DNA of 58,316 nucleotides, filler included, from Catajapyx aquilonaris (taxonomy: Eukaryota), in NCBI GenBank assembly GCA_000934665.2. It is 3 parts of 3 records of this genome, joined end to end, with 100 filler letters (N's around TTAATTAATTAA, not from the genome) between each part and the next. Parts side by side here need not be neighbours in the genome. Positions count along the whole stretch, not along the records: positions 1 to 19,371 come from JYFJ02006487.1; positions 19,472 to 38,768 come from JYFJ02006488.1; 1 more part is not named here. One strand, 5' to 3'. This document shows positions 10,530 through 24,700 of this stretch, in pieces (the stretch's first letter is position 1; the number at the start of each line of letters is the position of its first letter). The notes beneath the pieces are model-generated. The model did not search any database. It was not told where the DNA came from and was given only the letters and a program-made list of their open reading frames with translations. A program made the translations under genes and the position numbers.

Positions 10530-13500
10530 AAGTTCCTCTTGTTCTCATGAGGTTGTTTGTGGCAGAGTCCAACCCTGACCCATGCATACTACAAGTACAT
10601 GGACAATCTTCATATAGTATAAAAATAATTGTTATGGTCTTCATCATACATTTTGTGTTTTTTTGACTCTCATGTGATGCTGAGTGTAACAGAAGTGACA
10701 ATGATACTCCCTACATAATTTGCATGAATGGCTCTGGATGAGTAGCTAATGTGAGTGTTAGAAACATCATGCTGTAGTTGTGCTGGCCTGCAAATATTAT
10801 TTAAGGCCTGATCAGGGCTTGACATACTCGTAGTTAATCTTTGTAATTATGAGTTGATGTCTTTGTGGGTCTTTTTAAAGTCCTTCTTCAGTTCTCGTAT
10901 CCATGGAAATGCTGTAAATGTGGGCCTGAAAGCATGGTAATACTCTTTCAATATTATGTGTGAGACAGAAATGTACCTTGCCATGTGGATCAGCAACTTC
11001 TGTGTCCTTGTTTGTTGTACAATTGGGGTGGCAGGTGAGAGTAGTTCTGCACAGTCTGAAGATAATGTCTACCAATAACTAGGTAAATCAGTGCCTGAGT
11101 TGTGTACAATACAATATAATTATTATAGTTTTTGCAAGTTGTTTCTATGATAGGTCACTGCCATACTCGCTGTCAGCAAAGGCATGCTTTGATATTTTCT
11201 TCCTCATATTGTGGGATCTTTTTTTCAGTTCACAACTGGCAGTAAGCCTAGTTCTTTTTAGTCCAAGCATGTGGCAAGATCTTTACAATATATGTATAAT
11301 GAAGCTGCACTGCCACACAACAAAAAGTCAAAGCATCAAAGAGCCTCCAAATATATGAGTATAGATTATAGAAGCACATCTTTGAATTGGTAATAGGATG
11401 ATTATGGCTTGCAGCTTGCCATATGAACATTCATTTGTCGACATACCCTGATAGCAGGTAAATTACAGGTACAAATCCTGCTGAGGTCCCTATTGTCCAA
11501 TAAGGACACTAAAACCAACTTGTCTGCTTAAAAAGCAATGTTCATTACTTTTCAAAGTTGCGAATAGCTTTAAGCTACCATACCCTAAGCAAAGGAAGAA
11601 AAATAGGATACAGTATTACAACGATTCTTTCTGAGTTAGACTATTGGTACAGGTTCACCTCTGCCTTGTGTTCATTGGCTGCACCAATCTTATAGCAAAA
11701 GCAATAAGTGGGCATCACCTAGGCCATTCTCAATGTGGCATCACACTTAATTGGGTCATTTGTGAGGAGAGGTGAAGACGTTCTTCACAATTTAAACTGC
11801 AAGACTCATACATGAAAAGTCATGTTTTGTCCCACTCTATAATGTAGTGATGCTTCTGCTGTTATGCCATTGATGCTTCTGCAAGAAATAGTCTATGTCG
11901 ACTGGTAACCTAATTGAGCTGAATGTGATTAAGTTTGCTAGCTTCCAGTATGACGTATTCTGGAATTATATTATTTTGAACTCTTACACAAATTATGGTC
12001 TGATTTCAGTGATATCCAAAGTAATGTTGATTCAGGGGTCATTGTTAAACACCTGCTAGGAGGGTGAAATTAATATGTTCATGGTCATTTTTTTATTGTC
12101 ATGGATGGATGGTGGGGTGGGGGGGGGGGGGTTAAACCCATCCATCCACTTTGGTGACATCTGATGAAGCACGACCGCAACTGCTGATTAAGGTAGTCGG
12201 CGTCTTTTTCCTTCTGCCATCATCTCTTCGGCTGTTTCGCAGCAAGCTTGACGTCTCTCTTCGCCCCTAGAATGAGGAACTTCTCGGTCCTACCGGTATT
12301 TTTTTGGTAGTTGGCCCAAAACATACTCGATGATGGTGGTGAATGGGCAACCTGAACCAATCTCCCCAAGTGTGCAGATGGCGATCAAGATATGGGACCT
12401 GTAGATCAATCTCTTGGGAGGTTGGGTCGAGGTGTCGTCCGCGTCCAGCAGTGGGTCTGCGTCTGTGCTGCACCCGGCTATTGGCTGGCTGGAGGTGGTT
12501 TCTCTAAGCCAGATATGTGTAGTCACGTTGACTACCAAGTCTTTGAGAAGGGCATCACTGTTCTAACAAGTATATTGCCTATTTTCATTTTTGCGTTTGT
12601 GTTGGAGAGGTTGCCATCAATGCATCATGGAACTGTACCATGCTCCTCTGAAAGGCTGTGTGCTATAGTGTAGAATACGTTTTATGAATTCAAGGCTGGC
12701 GCTGGATTTCTCAGTTTCCATTCTTCGGACATGTCTGTAATAATATATTGCTAAGTGTTGCATTACCTTCAAGTCCGTCGTCCCAGGTCCGACATGCCAC
12801 AATATAAGACCAAGCGACCAGTAGTGCGACTGATGTTTCTACAGGTACAATAGGTCTTAACTTTATTCTCCCTTCGTATTATGGTGGTTATGGTGTTCTA
12901 GGTATCAAAATACTTACATTGCACTTTTCTTGACATTTCTTGATAAGTAATTATATTTTGCGAATAAATGTTTCCAGGTTCCTCATCTTCTCATTACTTC
13001 CAATGCTGAGCATTCCTCCAGAGTCGTGTGATATAGTCAATATTTAAAGCCATGTTGCCATTGAATTGACCTATGTAATTTATAATTTATATATCATCAC
13101 AAACGTACTCGTAGTTAGTGGTCTTACAACAGGAGATTTTTATCAACCTGGCTCCAGTTTAGTTAGATCATTGAATGGATCGTACAGCCAGATAATGCAA
13201 GCTACCATAATATGCATGGCGTCTGATAATAATTAATCATAATTAATAACCAGTGATAAGATGGCTGAACAATATGAGCAGACTTATTCTTCAGGGACCA
13301 CAATAATAATAAAAGGGACCTGTCAGTTAATTTAACTCCAGACGACTTCTTATCTGGAGAAGAAGATTTTTCTTCTTTGACGTTTTAACGGACCAATCAG
13401 GGCCTGTTGGTATTGAGGAATTTACTCCATACGCTTTTTATCGCTTATTCAGCAGACAACAAAACGAATCATCTGAAACAGTCTGATGCTCCATTATCTT

Positions 13501-16030
13501 GGAGAGGAATTCCATATTGTCGTGGTTGCCATTAATTTCATTTAAATTGCCTGGGCTGATTATTTCATTGCAAAGTTGTCGAATGGGATTTCTAATGAAG
13601 ACGTCATCGATGGACAGTTTTACCTCGGCTGCTGCGGCACTCTGCTGCCTAGATTGTCATGCCCGCTAGATTCCGAGGCTCATGAGAAAATTTAACTTTT
13701 AGTTAGGACCATAGATATGATTTGCTTGAAGGGCAATTAACATGAACAATTATAATTATTGGCAAAAGCATTTCAATACATCACGTGTACTTTAAGGTTT
13801 GGATTTGGATACGCTTCGAGTGGTTTCTCTGCTGACATGGGGTGGGACAGTTGCTGACCTGGATGAGCACAGGCTAAGTTGCACCGGAGTTTTGTGACAG
13901 AAATACACTACTACAAAAGTTGGGTGATGTGAAGTAATTTGCTGATGGTATAATGTTGAAGAGGATGGAATTTGGCGTATCCTGTAGTGAAGCGTCATGG
14001 TGCGTCTCAGTGTGCTGGTCGTTACATGTTCAAACTTGTTGCTAAATGTGATGGTTGGCAGATTGTCATCATACCGTCGCTGCAATCTGGGATGGTCATC
14101 TTGCTCCTCCATGCTCGTGAGCAATTTTTGCAATCGATATTTCTCCCCACAATTTAACGAGCATCGACTAGGTAATTAGGCCTGCGTGGTTGCATTTCTT
14201 TTATCATGCTGGATTTTTTCAGAACATTTTAAACACACCGTTGAAAATTATAGGAATTTTTCTTCTCATAGAGTGAATGTCTCAAAATATAATCCAGGAA
14301 AGTCATCTACTACACCCTTCATGCCAACGGTTTTCCTAAAGCAGTGTTCTTGGGCTACATGAACTCTTTCTCCACTTTGCCGTAGTGTGGCTTTACAGTA
14401 CGTAATTGGGTAGCTTGTCATGGATAGATACAGATCTGTAATTATGTTTTTGGTCGGACGGTGAGATAGATGGAATCAGTCTCGTTGGTAGCCTGGCATT
14501 ACAGAGCTTGTGGGTCTCAGTTGGTGTTGTGTAAAGGTGGTAGGAAAGCCTTTTTCTTTTACTTGTCACGCCAATATTTCTGAAGTTGGGAACTACGCTT
14601 GAATGCTTACATGAATTAGCCTAATTCAGAACATTTCTGAAGTCCCTCTTGTTCTTGTGTGATTGTTGTATATGGCGGAGTTCCAACCCTGACTCACATG
14701 CATACTAAATTAGGCAATTTTCAGATAGTGTAAGTTGTTATGGTCTCCATACATTTTGTGTTCTTCGTCCTTATGTGATGCTTAGTGTGACAGAGATGGC
14801 ATCCAAGATATCTTAATGTAACATTATACTGCTACATACTAATTTGCATGAATGGCTCTGGATTAATCCAAACTCACCGCTAGTGTAAGGAGCTAATGGG
14901 AGTGTCAGAGCACATATTTGAATATAATGGGTATATTATATCTAGATTATTGAAGTAATGGCCAGTCTTTGGCTTGCAGATTGCCATCTGAACATGTATT
15001 AATTTTGTCGACATACCCTCCCCAGATAGCACGTACAGATGAAGCTCAGGTCCTCATTGTCCAATAAGACACTAAAACCAACTCGTCTGCTTAATAAGGA
15101 GTGTTCATTAGTTTTCAAAGATGCGAATAGCTTTAGGCTACCCTCAGCAAAGGAGAAAAACTACAATAGAGTATTACACTGATTCTTACGTATGGAGTAT
15201 GACTACTGGCACAGGTTCACCTAAGATCTCATGCAACAGAATCACGGTCAGTTGTTCATCTCGTGGCATAAAATGTTACGGTCCGACAAGGTATATGTCG
15301 TATTCGATGAAGTTTTTGGAATCTAACGCGTCTGGTCTTGCCTGAAGTCACAAAGTGTGTTCATCAGGTGCCGTACTGTTGTGGTTATTAACTGGTGTTA
15401 TAATATGGTAAGCTGGTGAATCATGTCTCTGGAGGGTCAGAAGTTATGTCAGTTGCAGAACCAATTCACACAAATTTATATTTGAACTCTTACGTTATGA
15501 TGTGACTTCAGGGGATAATCAAAGTAATGTTGATTCTCCAGCCATCAGATTAGTAGGAATCTTCCTCAGAAGCGTGTTTAGCATTCGTCTCTTGCTGGTG
15601 TCATGTAGAATTCCATTATGGTCGTGTCATGGTTTCGTTGTAGGTCACTGCCATACTCGCTGTCAGCAAGGGAAGCCTTTAATTTTACTTTCTCCATATT
15701 GTCGATTTTTTTTTCTTCAGTTCACAACTAGCAGTAGTTGTTCTTTTTAGTGCAAGGATGTGGCAGGATCTTCACAGTAATGAAGCTGCACTGGCACACA
15801 ACAAAAAGTCAAAGCCTCAAATAGTCTCCAAATATATGATATAGAATCACATCTTTGAATTAGTAAGATGATGATTATGGCTTGCAGCTTGCCATCTGAA
15901 CATTCATTTGTCGACATGCCCTGATAGCAGATAAAAAACAGGTAAAAATGCTGCTGAGGTTCCTATTGTCCAATAAGGACACTAAAACCAACTCGTCTGC
16001 GTAAAAAGCAATGTTCATTACTTTTTCAAG
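10530..16030 (+). repeat. Degenerate local direct duplications
   Basis: 10530-10770 resembles 14640-14915; 11150-11555 resembles 15640-16030; 11405-11660 resembles 14970-15222; 11970-12033 resembles 15477-15535. No protein family recognised. Confidence 0.8.
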
Positions 16031-18597
16031 AATAATTCTATTATGGTTGTGTCAGGCTGGTTTCATCGTAGGTTGCATGGGACGGCTTGTTGCAGGAAGA
16101 GCAGTAATAACATGCCAGGATGAAATGTAGCAAGAGGCTCCCCCAAAAGCAAGTGCTGCGAATGCTGAATTTGTGTCATTCATTAACTCTAAACATAATT
16201 GTCGTTGGAACCAGTGTCTTTTTGTTGTATTTGTGGAAGACCCTACATCAGCAATGGATTTCTTAGTTTCATAGTTTGATAGGAGGAACTTTTTTATTGA
16301 TCAATTTAGGATTCCTGAGGCTTTGTGGACCGAATATTTCCCACGTTCTATAACTTCAGGACCTATGACTGCAGAATGAATCCGAAGGGGTGTCCTCCTC
16401 GCGTCTAAATTGGAATCGATGCAATGTCTATGTCCCTAGACCTGAGCTTCCCAACAGTGGTGAGTGCGTCGTGTGTGGGAGGAACCAATACAAAGGGATA
16501 GTTTATTATATGTCCAAGCTTCACCACTCACAAATAATTTTACAGATCAAACGGCAGTGATTGTTCATTAGCCTCATGTGCCTTGATGTGTTCTTCGAGG
16601 GCATGTGGGATTGTAAACTACCATTTCTTGTTCGACTGTGACAGGGCTTACACTGGAGTCGCATGTTAAGATAAAGGTTGCCCATTGTGCACTTATCAGT
16701 GGAAGGGAAAGTATATTATTGTGGCAGGTATTTTCGGCACTTAGGCCACTCTTCAATTATTGTGTCTTATAATTATTATCATATGTAATGTGTAATGCAT
16801 AACATGGAATGTAAAAATGCTTCGCGTCGGAACCTTCTGGTACGCATTCGTCACGTTCATTTTCTAACTTCCCACTTGATATTTTAGGAAAGATCCATTG
16901 CCACTAACTCGATAAATATTACACCGTGGATATGATTTCATCACTTCGCTTCCTCATTGGGGATTATTGATACTACCTCATATAATCTCTTAAAATTAGA
17001 ATCACTTCATGTTAAGTGAGATTGTGAAATCATTAAAACAATGTTGTCATATTATGACATTTGTATGACCCTTGTTGGCGAACAAGTGAGTCATGTGTTA
17101 TTGGCGTTTCTGCTACATGTTATTTATGTGACGTGAGCTAGGGGTGACCTACTCTTCACACAGACCAGGTTCGGGCTTCCTGTGACCGTAGCCAGTGGGA
17201 GGAAGCATGTCGAGTCTTTCGTACCTTTTGTGCAGGCGTCTACTGCAGCTCTTGTTTCTTCCGTTTCGGGTTTTTTGTTGTCACAATCAGGCTATGCCTC
17301 CAGAAGATAAGTGCAGTCTCCTCGTCTGTCCTACAGACAATGGTGGTGGTGTGAGGGGTAGGTAATATGGCGAGTTAGGAGCTAAATTATCTTGTACTTG
17401 CACTTGTTCGTCTTCTACTACTTCTACTTCATCTTCATCTTCCGAGGATTAGTCTCCAGCGTCTGAATGTTATATTATTCATGCTAGTGCTCGTACCGTG
17501 GGCGTTTCTTTTCTTCATAGTTGTATTGTGTTTAGACGTAGTCCATAAAAGTCGTCTACTATTAAGTGTGGACGAACTGATCACATGAAACTGCTTCACG
17601 TGTTAATGTAGACGCTGCCTGCGAAGTCTAGACGTACGCGCTCAGAGTATAGGGAATATAGATGGCATGATTCACAAGTTAATAAACATGTACTTGTATA
17701 TACGTATTATCATCATCATCATCATCATTTACTTCAAGGCATTAATCCCGTATACAGCGGAGACCCGTCCTCCTCGTATGACCTACAAAATGAAGCCTCT
17801 GGTGGATGGTCATACCACGCAAAGGGTTAATGAAGGGGATGAATATGATGTCAATTACATGAACACACATACAAACACTCATATAATATAAACAACAGAT
17901 GAGCAGCTGAACGCAGGCGATGATGTTAAGCGATGTTGGAGCAGGAACACCTCACTACTCCAAAATTCAATTTGTTGCTAAACATTAGAAGCACAGTTTT
18001 AGGCTTAGATTGGTGCAACATATTGATGTGATGGATTCCAAGTTGGCCTGATTGTGGCCGAAGGTGATTTAAATACTTCTCACCAGCGCTGCACATTGAC
18101 AAAAGTTGTCTATAGTTGCCAGGTGATCTCGAATATCCACTGCTTCTCTGTAACCTGCTTGCTTGGAGGGTGATGAGTAGCACAGGACTACTTCATGCTC
18201 CACTTTGGGTGTCTTCCCATATCATTCCCTGCCATATCTTTCTCCTCGTCTTTGAGTTAGGTCATGATGTACAGTGAAAGTGTTTTTCTTGCCAACTTTC
18301 ATGCCAACTGTTTTCCTAGAGCAGTGACAGTTGGCACGTTGTCATCGTCGTTGCCTCAGGGTATATAATTAGGAGTATCATCTTGAAGATTTATCCCAAC
18401 AATGTAAAGAGTTGAGCTGAAATAATGTCGTAAAATGTTGCTCCATTAGTGAGACACTAAGCTTTCTAGCTGTTTTGTAATGGGTAGATCACTGTAATAA
18501 TGTTTAAGGAATGATGTGCTCGAAGTGCTTTATCATATTGTCTCCATAACTCTGTGTCCATTGCACAGTAGGATGGAGCCTGTGACGATGACCTGAN

Positions 18598-18700
18598 CCA
18601 CACAATCGGGATCGGAAGCCGGATGGTTCCTCACCCTCAAACCTGCCACCTCACAGTTGATGCAGTTGGGTTCGTTGGCCGAGCACTCATCGTAGGTAGG
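18598..18700 (-). pseudogene. Fragment of a non-LTR ORF1 (gag-like) zinc knuckle
   Basis: Minus-strand translation YDECSANEPNCINCEVAGLRVRNHPASDPDCV fits the C-x2-C-xn-H-x6-C third knuckle of R1/I/Jockey-type ORF1. Confidence 0.6.
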
Positions 18701-19371
18701 ATCATAGTAGGATGGAGCCTGTGACGATGACCTGAGGTAGGGTCAATTGCTATTTTTCTTCGCAGAGTGTCATCCTTCTTATGTCCTCTCTCTTGCGGTC
18801 TTCTAATAGATAGACAAGCTTTGGCTCCTCACTCAGTATGTAAGGGAATAAATCAATAAATAACTTCCAGTCCACGCACGTCATATTGTCTTCGGATCGA
18901 GAGATGTTCGCAAGTTCAATTACATATTGTGCACAAAATAAAATGAAAACTCAGTGTTCATGACAGTCTAGTTGAGTTGTCGGAAATCAAGATGACTATG
19001 TTGGATATTAGTTGTTGTTGGCTGGAGTCAACAATACACCGCGGCCGACAGTATTTTGTGGTCCACACAATATTATTATATGTGCAGTTATTATTATTCG
19101 ATTTTCTAGATGATATTCTAGAATGTACACTTTACAGATACAGTACCCGACATATGGCAGGTGTTTAATTTGTGCGGGTTTTGTTTTCCCCGTCATATTA
19201 GATAAGTAAAATTTGTTCTCTCCGTCCCATGGTGGTTCGAGTTATCAGGATTTCACGGTATGGGTTAGCATGATTCTATAGTCGGAATGGTGTAACCCCA
19301 TGGTGCGATTCTTGTGTGTTGACAGAAAAGTCAGTTGTGCAACCAATGCTCAAATCACAAAGGGCCTTACA

Positions 19372-19471
19372 NNNNNNNNNNNNNNNNNNNNNNNNNNNNN
19401 NNNNNNNNNNNNNNNTTAATTAATTAANNNNNNNNNNNNNNNNNNNNNNNNNNNNNNNNNNNNNNNNNNNN
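19372..19471. other. Artificial scaffold linker (44 N + TTAATTAATTAA + 44 N)
   Basis: Exactly 100 nt with a central stop-in-all-frames spacer; same layout at 38769-38868. Confidence 0.95.
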
Positions 19472-19619
19472 CCTGTGTATAACCCCACCACTCCATTTTT
19501 TGGGGGTGTCCCAATATTTTCAGATCAGGGCAAGTATATTGCGTAAAGGTATTGTTGCAGCATGCTTGTTGTTGGGTTAATTTGCCTTGAAGTTGCCATA
19601 TTGGCCTCATAATTCACTG

Positions 19620-20420
19620 CAGTCGATTTTTGCATAATTCCACTGCATATTGGTAGCAGGTTGGTAGAGGACACATGATTTCTGACTTGTGAAGCCTTTC
19701 AAAAGCTTTCCTAGATGTTGGGTGACATAAACTGCCCGCATTCGTAGAGAATAAAATATATTAAGTGCCGCAGAACAAGCAAGTTGGAATAGCGGTGGAT
19801 AAAATGTGGTAGGTAATGCTCTCGTAAAGTAACTCGAAACAACCGTTTCGGATGGTGGGCAAGACTTAGGCCTTTACACGCCCGTTATACCTTGGTTTTT
19901 ATACGCATAGACTAAAGCCATGGATAATATTCTAGCCATTGTTTACGTACCGGTAATATAATTGACTAATTATGCAGATGCCGAATTATGCTGTGGGTAT
20001 TTTATTCCGAGTGCGAAGTAAGAAAATGGGAATGAAACTGAGCTAACGACCTGTTCGCGTGATTATTGGCAGGCAGTGTGACACTTTTCGGGTGTCATTA
20101 GATGTGTACATACGAAAATAATTCGCCCTTGCCGAACGTGTTATTGTTCAACTAGTGTAAATATACGCAAAAGGTCACATACGGATATGGCGCGTCATTA
20201 CACTTGTAGGCAATTGGCTTGGGAGGTCCAGGATAAGTAATGCTGTTAGAATAGTGTGTCCGCTACTGATACAAGTATACAACAAGGGATTTGGTTTATG
20301 TCGCATAGGAATTGAGTTTTGCGGGTGTGAGATAAAAACTTTTCACGTTCTCACCATTCACTCAGAAGATTGTGTATGCCGAACTTGTAAAACGTAATTT
20401 GAACATGGGCGCTAATGATT
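19620..20420 (+). promoter_or_regulatory. Probable promoter/first-exon region of the golgin gene (CpG-retaining)
   Basis: Visibly more CpG than the downstream gene body; candidate donor AAAATGTGGTAG|GTAATG near 19812. Judged by eye, TSS not mapped. Confidence 0.4.
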
Positions 20421-21703
20421 TTATTACTACACCTGGGTTTTTAGTCAAGTAATTGAGTGGCTTGTTTGAAGATTTGTGAAGTTTCTGCTTGAGTGCATCC
20501 TCATAATAAGGGCATCAGTTACAGCTGTCCGACAAGTGACAAATAAGATCAGCTGCACCAAAAAAAAAATTGTTGGTAAATATTTATCCTAATTGTAATC
20601 ACCCCCAGCCAGGTGGGAACAGGTGCGAACGCTTATGGAGAACCATGAACTAGGCACGCGGTACATTTCGGCAAAATAATGTGTCACTCCCAAGTAGGAC
20701 CAGGAAGGTTTTGAGCTGTTGCAGCTGTTGTGCAATGGGGATGCTTTGAAAGATTTTTTTTTTTTCTTTTTACAGCCGCCATTAGTCACGTATTTCCATG
20801 CAGGTGGAAGCAGTGTGGGCAGAATTTACATTTGGATTAGCGTTGGGTCTGGAATATGATTTATGCAGGAGAGTATGGGAGAGAGCTGACAGGTGAATAA
20901 GCTGAGTGTTAGTAGACCAGACGTGGCTGTGAGGCTGCTCCCATCGAGGGGGCCTTCGCCAACTGGTAGCTAACTGACGAATGTGTTTGGCAAGTCTAGC
21001 ACACACTTGTGCACGTGAAGGTCCCCACATAGTTATGTGCCACGAGTACGGGAGCTTTTTATGGCCGTTTCGCATGCCACTTTTTTGTCTTCATTGTAGG
21101 GGTAAGTGCGCCAGTGGCCAGGTCTTGCATGTGTTACCTGTTCAGCGCAAATATGGGGTTAATATTGGAACTTGAGGGTGTTTTCTTCGTGTGGTGCATA
21201 AGGAGTGTTTGGGATCAGTGTTTTTAAGATGCAGAATGGCAAAACGTACGAAAGGGAGGTGATGAATACGGTTCGCCACAGGAATTACCAAATTACCACA
21301 ATTGGAAGTATTTTAATATGCTAGGAAGCTGACAGGCATATGATTTTTTTTTTTTTTGGTGTGAGGTCATTTACTAGACCTTAAGTGATAAATTTTTAAG
21401 AGGAAACTATATCTGTACCATTACAGGCAGGTTTATTGTCGAACGCCTGGTATGAAGGACATCCATTGNGATAAATTTTTAAGAGGAAACTATATCTGTA
21501 CCATTACAGGCAGGTTTATTGTCGAACGCCTGGTATGAAGGACATCCATTGTCCTCCTCACTTTTTTGTGTGATGATAACTTTTTGTAGCCCATCACACT
21601 GAACTTGTATTGCTGAAATTATTGATTTCCTTATTACGAGGCATGCACTAAAATGTTTAAAACTGGTTTATTAATGAGGTAATGTTTTCCTGGAACTTTT
21701 CAG

Positions 21704-24700
21704 GACCATCAGCTTCAAGTTCGAGAAGCACCTGAAGGAGGTGAACACAACTTGGTAAATTCCTTCAGCAGTTTTAACCATGAAGATCATGAAAACTGTC
21801 AACCTTCAAGAAGCTGGAATACAGGTACTATGCACATGTATAATTAATGCTTCACCATATTTCCTTCTTAACCTCCCTTCCCTATATTACAATGTAGAAA
21901 CACCACAATAATCAATTGTTAGAGGTACCTAATTTGTTAACTTCATTGCAGGAATACCCTGGCAGCAGGATCGCGAGGAGGGACCTTCACTGGTACCAAG
22001 ATATCAAAGAGAGGAGGTAGAATCTAAATGTGTAGCCATTTTACTGTTGTATCACAGTATTTTTAAATATGTGTGATTGTTGTATTAATATTTTCAGCAG
22101 ACTGAAGAGGTACCAAGCCTGCGCCATCAGGTAGCCCTTGCCATTAGAAATCTAGGATCTCCAGTAGAACACACAAGTTTGTCACCAGCAGAAGCCGACT
22201 TACATCACAAGTTGCAAAGTACTATTTTGTTAGTCATCACAGTTTCTAATGATATTTGACATTCTCACATATCACGCATAAACTATGCTTGCAGAAGCTG
22301 AAAGTCGGATAGCTGAGTTGGAGAGCGAACTGAAGCATGCACATGAAAAGCTGTTGGGACAGATAAACAGTTCCCAAGTAATATTCGTAAAAGGGTCTAG
22401 AATTTTGAGGTACAGATATGACATTAGTGCATTTGCCACTATTTTTCTTACTGTTACAGGTAAGTAACAATGAATTGTTGGAAGAAGTGGAAGAGACCCG
22501 ACGCAAACTCTCACAGGACACTCAAGAACAGCAATCTCGGTTGAGTGCCACTAAGCAAGGGATTGTAGAGCTCATTGTTAAAACAGCAGAGGAGGTCAGT
22601 CTTTTCAAAGCTTTTCATTTGAGCACTTGCAGAAATTGTGGTTATGTGTTACAGAGTCACCTATCACAGAAGACAGTCACTGATCTGGAAATGCAAGGAA
22701 AGGGAGTGGATCAGTCCATACTGACTGTCATAAGGCAACTTGGAGATGATGAACTACAGGAATTAGTCCAAGGTGAGTAATTGATATTTCAGGAAAATGG
22801 ATATTGTTTTAAGTAACCCCTTTTGTTACTCACCCACCCAGGTGCTATCCGTGCCTTGGAACTTGAAAATCAGGTTCTTAGGAAGAGGAATCTAGAGCTG
22901 GAAAAGACAGCAGAACCCACTTTTGCCAATAGCGGTAGGTACTTTGATCTGTGGTGTGATATGCCAATACAGAATCAGTGTTGCTGAAATTGTCTCAATT
23001 TCTAGTGTCACCATCTCCCAGCGACACAGTCACTGATGGGTCTCCTGTTCCATATGAAGAACCAGATGGTTCATCCCTTGACAACAAAAGCAGGAATGGG
23101 AGTCCAGATGGCGAGTCCCTGATGGAAGCCAAACATGTAAGTTCCTCTTTGCCTTCAACCACCTAAACATGAAACCATCCAAGTAGGCTCAGGGGTTGAT
23201 GCTGTTCAGCCCCCGGACACTTCTATCCCAGGTCAATAGAAAAAGCTGTGCCATTATCTCTTCCCGCATTGGCGCTAGTATATCTGCAATGGAATCAATC
23301 TGTGGAACCCCCTGCGCCATAGCGACACCGACCCTGACGGTACAACTATGCATTAACACCTAGCTCTAGGTGTTATGCATAGTTGTACCATCAGGGTCGC
23401 TGTGGTTATGGCGCAGTGAGTTCCACAGCGTGATTCCACTGCAGATGTACTAGCACCAATGCGGAAAGGGATAACGGCACGCATGATGGCAGCGAGTGTC
23501 CCGACCTATTCTTCTAAGACCGTGATGCTGTTAGTGACCCACGTCCAGAATGGGTTAGTTGCTTAACAAATTTTTAACTGACAGTGAATATTGCAAATAG
23601 TTTGAAGTCATAGTTTGGATGGCTGTAATCTCCTTTTGCTTTGTTGATAAGAAGCAGCCACACAAACAGCTTTTAACTATTTGGGTGTGATATTTGCTTC
23701 ATATGTCACAAATTACTGACATCAGTACTATTCCAAGGCTGAATACTTTATACAGGGTGTTTCACTAGGTAGTCCCCCCAAAGAACAATTATAATTTTCT
23801 TCCCTCTCTACCTAGAAACATTATATTTGGTTTTCAATTTACCTTAGTTCATGAGAATGTATCACCATTCACAATAAATGCTGGAATTGTCCTCCACCAA
23901 CATCCAGACACACTCAAACACAACGCTGCTGCTGCAGCATTACATTCAAGTGTGTCTGAATGTTGGTGGAGGACAATTTCCGGATTTACTGTTAATGGTG
24001 CTGCATTCCCATGAACTAAGGTAAGTTGTAAACCAAAGGTGGATCTAAGGCGGAAATGTTGTTGCTGTTGATCCTGGAGTAGGAATAATAAGGACTGGAC
24101 ACTTCCCCTCTTATCACGTTGGGAGGCTAATGGGGAGGTAATGCAATACGGAACCACAGGCGGCACTGAGCAGGTCCCAGACCGAAGAGAAACACTTTGC
24201 GTCAACACCATCGATCGAAACACCTACCCGCATGTTCTTATTTAAACCAATGAGCTGCTGGGGCCTGAGCACGTGCTCTTCAAACCAGTCATCGATGGCA
24301 TCGACGCAATGTGTATCTCTTCGGTCTGGGACCTGCTCAGCGCCGCCTGTGGTTCCGTATTGCATTACCGCCCTGTTAGCCTCCCAACACGATAAGATAG
24401 GGGAGTGTCCAATCCTTATTATTCCTAGTCCGTGCTGTTGATGGCCATGTCAGCCACTTTGGAAATTGGGAAAGAAAGAAAAGGCGGGGATGGATGGACG
24501 TGTAGTATGTTGACCCTCGAAGAAATGTGCAGATGGCAGTCTTTTTTAAATAATCGAGTGTATCATGTATTTAGGGTTCCATATGTGACACTGGTAACTG
24601 TACTTTAAAAACTCATGAAAATCCAGCCATTTCCTGGGCTGACTCTAGTGTTGCTTTTTTTTTAAATGGCAAAAGACAAGGGAAAATTATGACAAGTATG

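Noticed and set aside
18568..18735. Direct repeat GTAGGATGGAGCCTGTGACGATGACCTGA flanking a unique spacer (CRISPR-like look)
   Set aside because: Only two copies, adjacent to an N, in eukaryotic DNA with no cas genes; likely an assembly artefact or small duplication.
19416..19427. TTAATTAATTAA palindrome (also 38813-38824)
   Set aside because: Synthetic linker inside N runs; adjacency of the three contigs should not be over-interpreted.
21387..21551. Exact 82-bp tandem duplication
   Set aside because: The two copies are separated by a single N (21469), the signature of an unmerged contig overlap.
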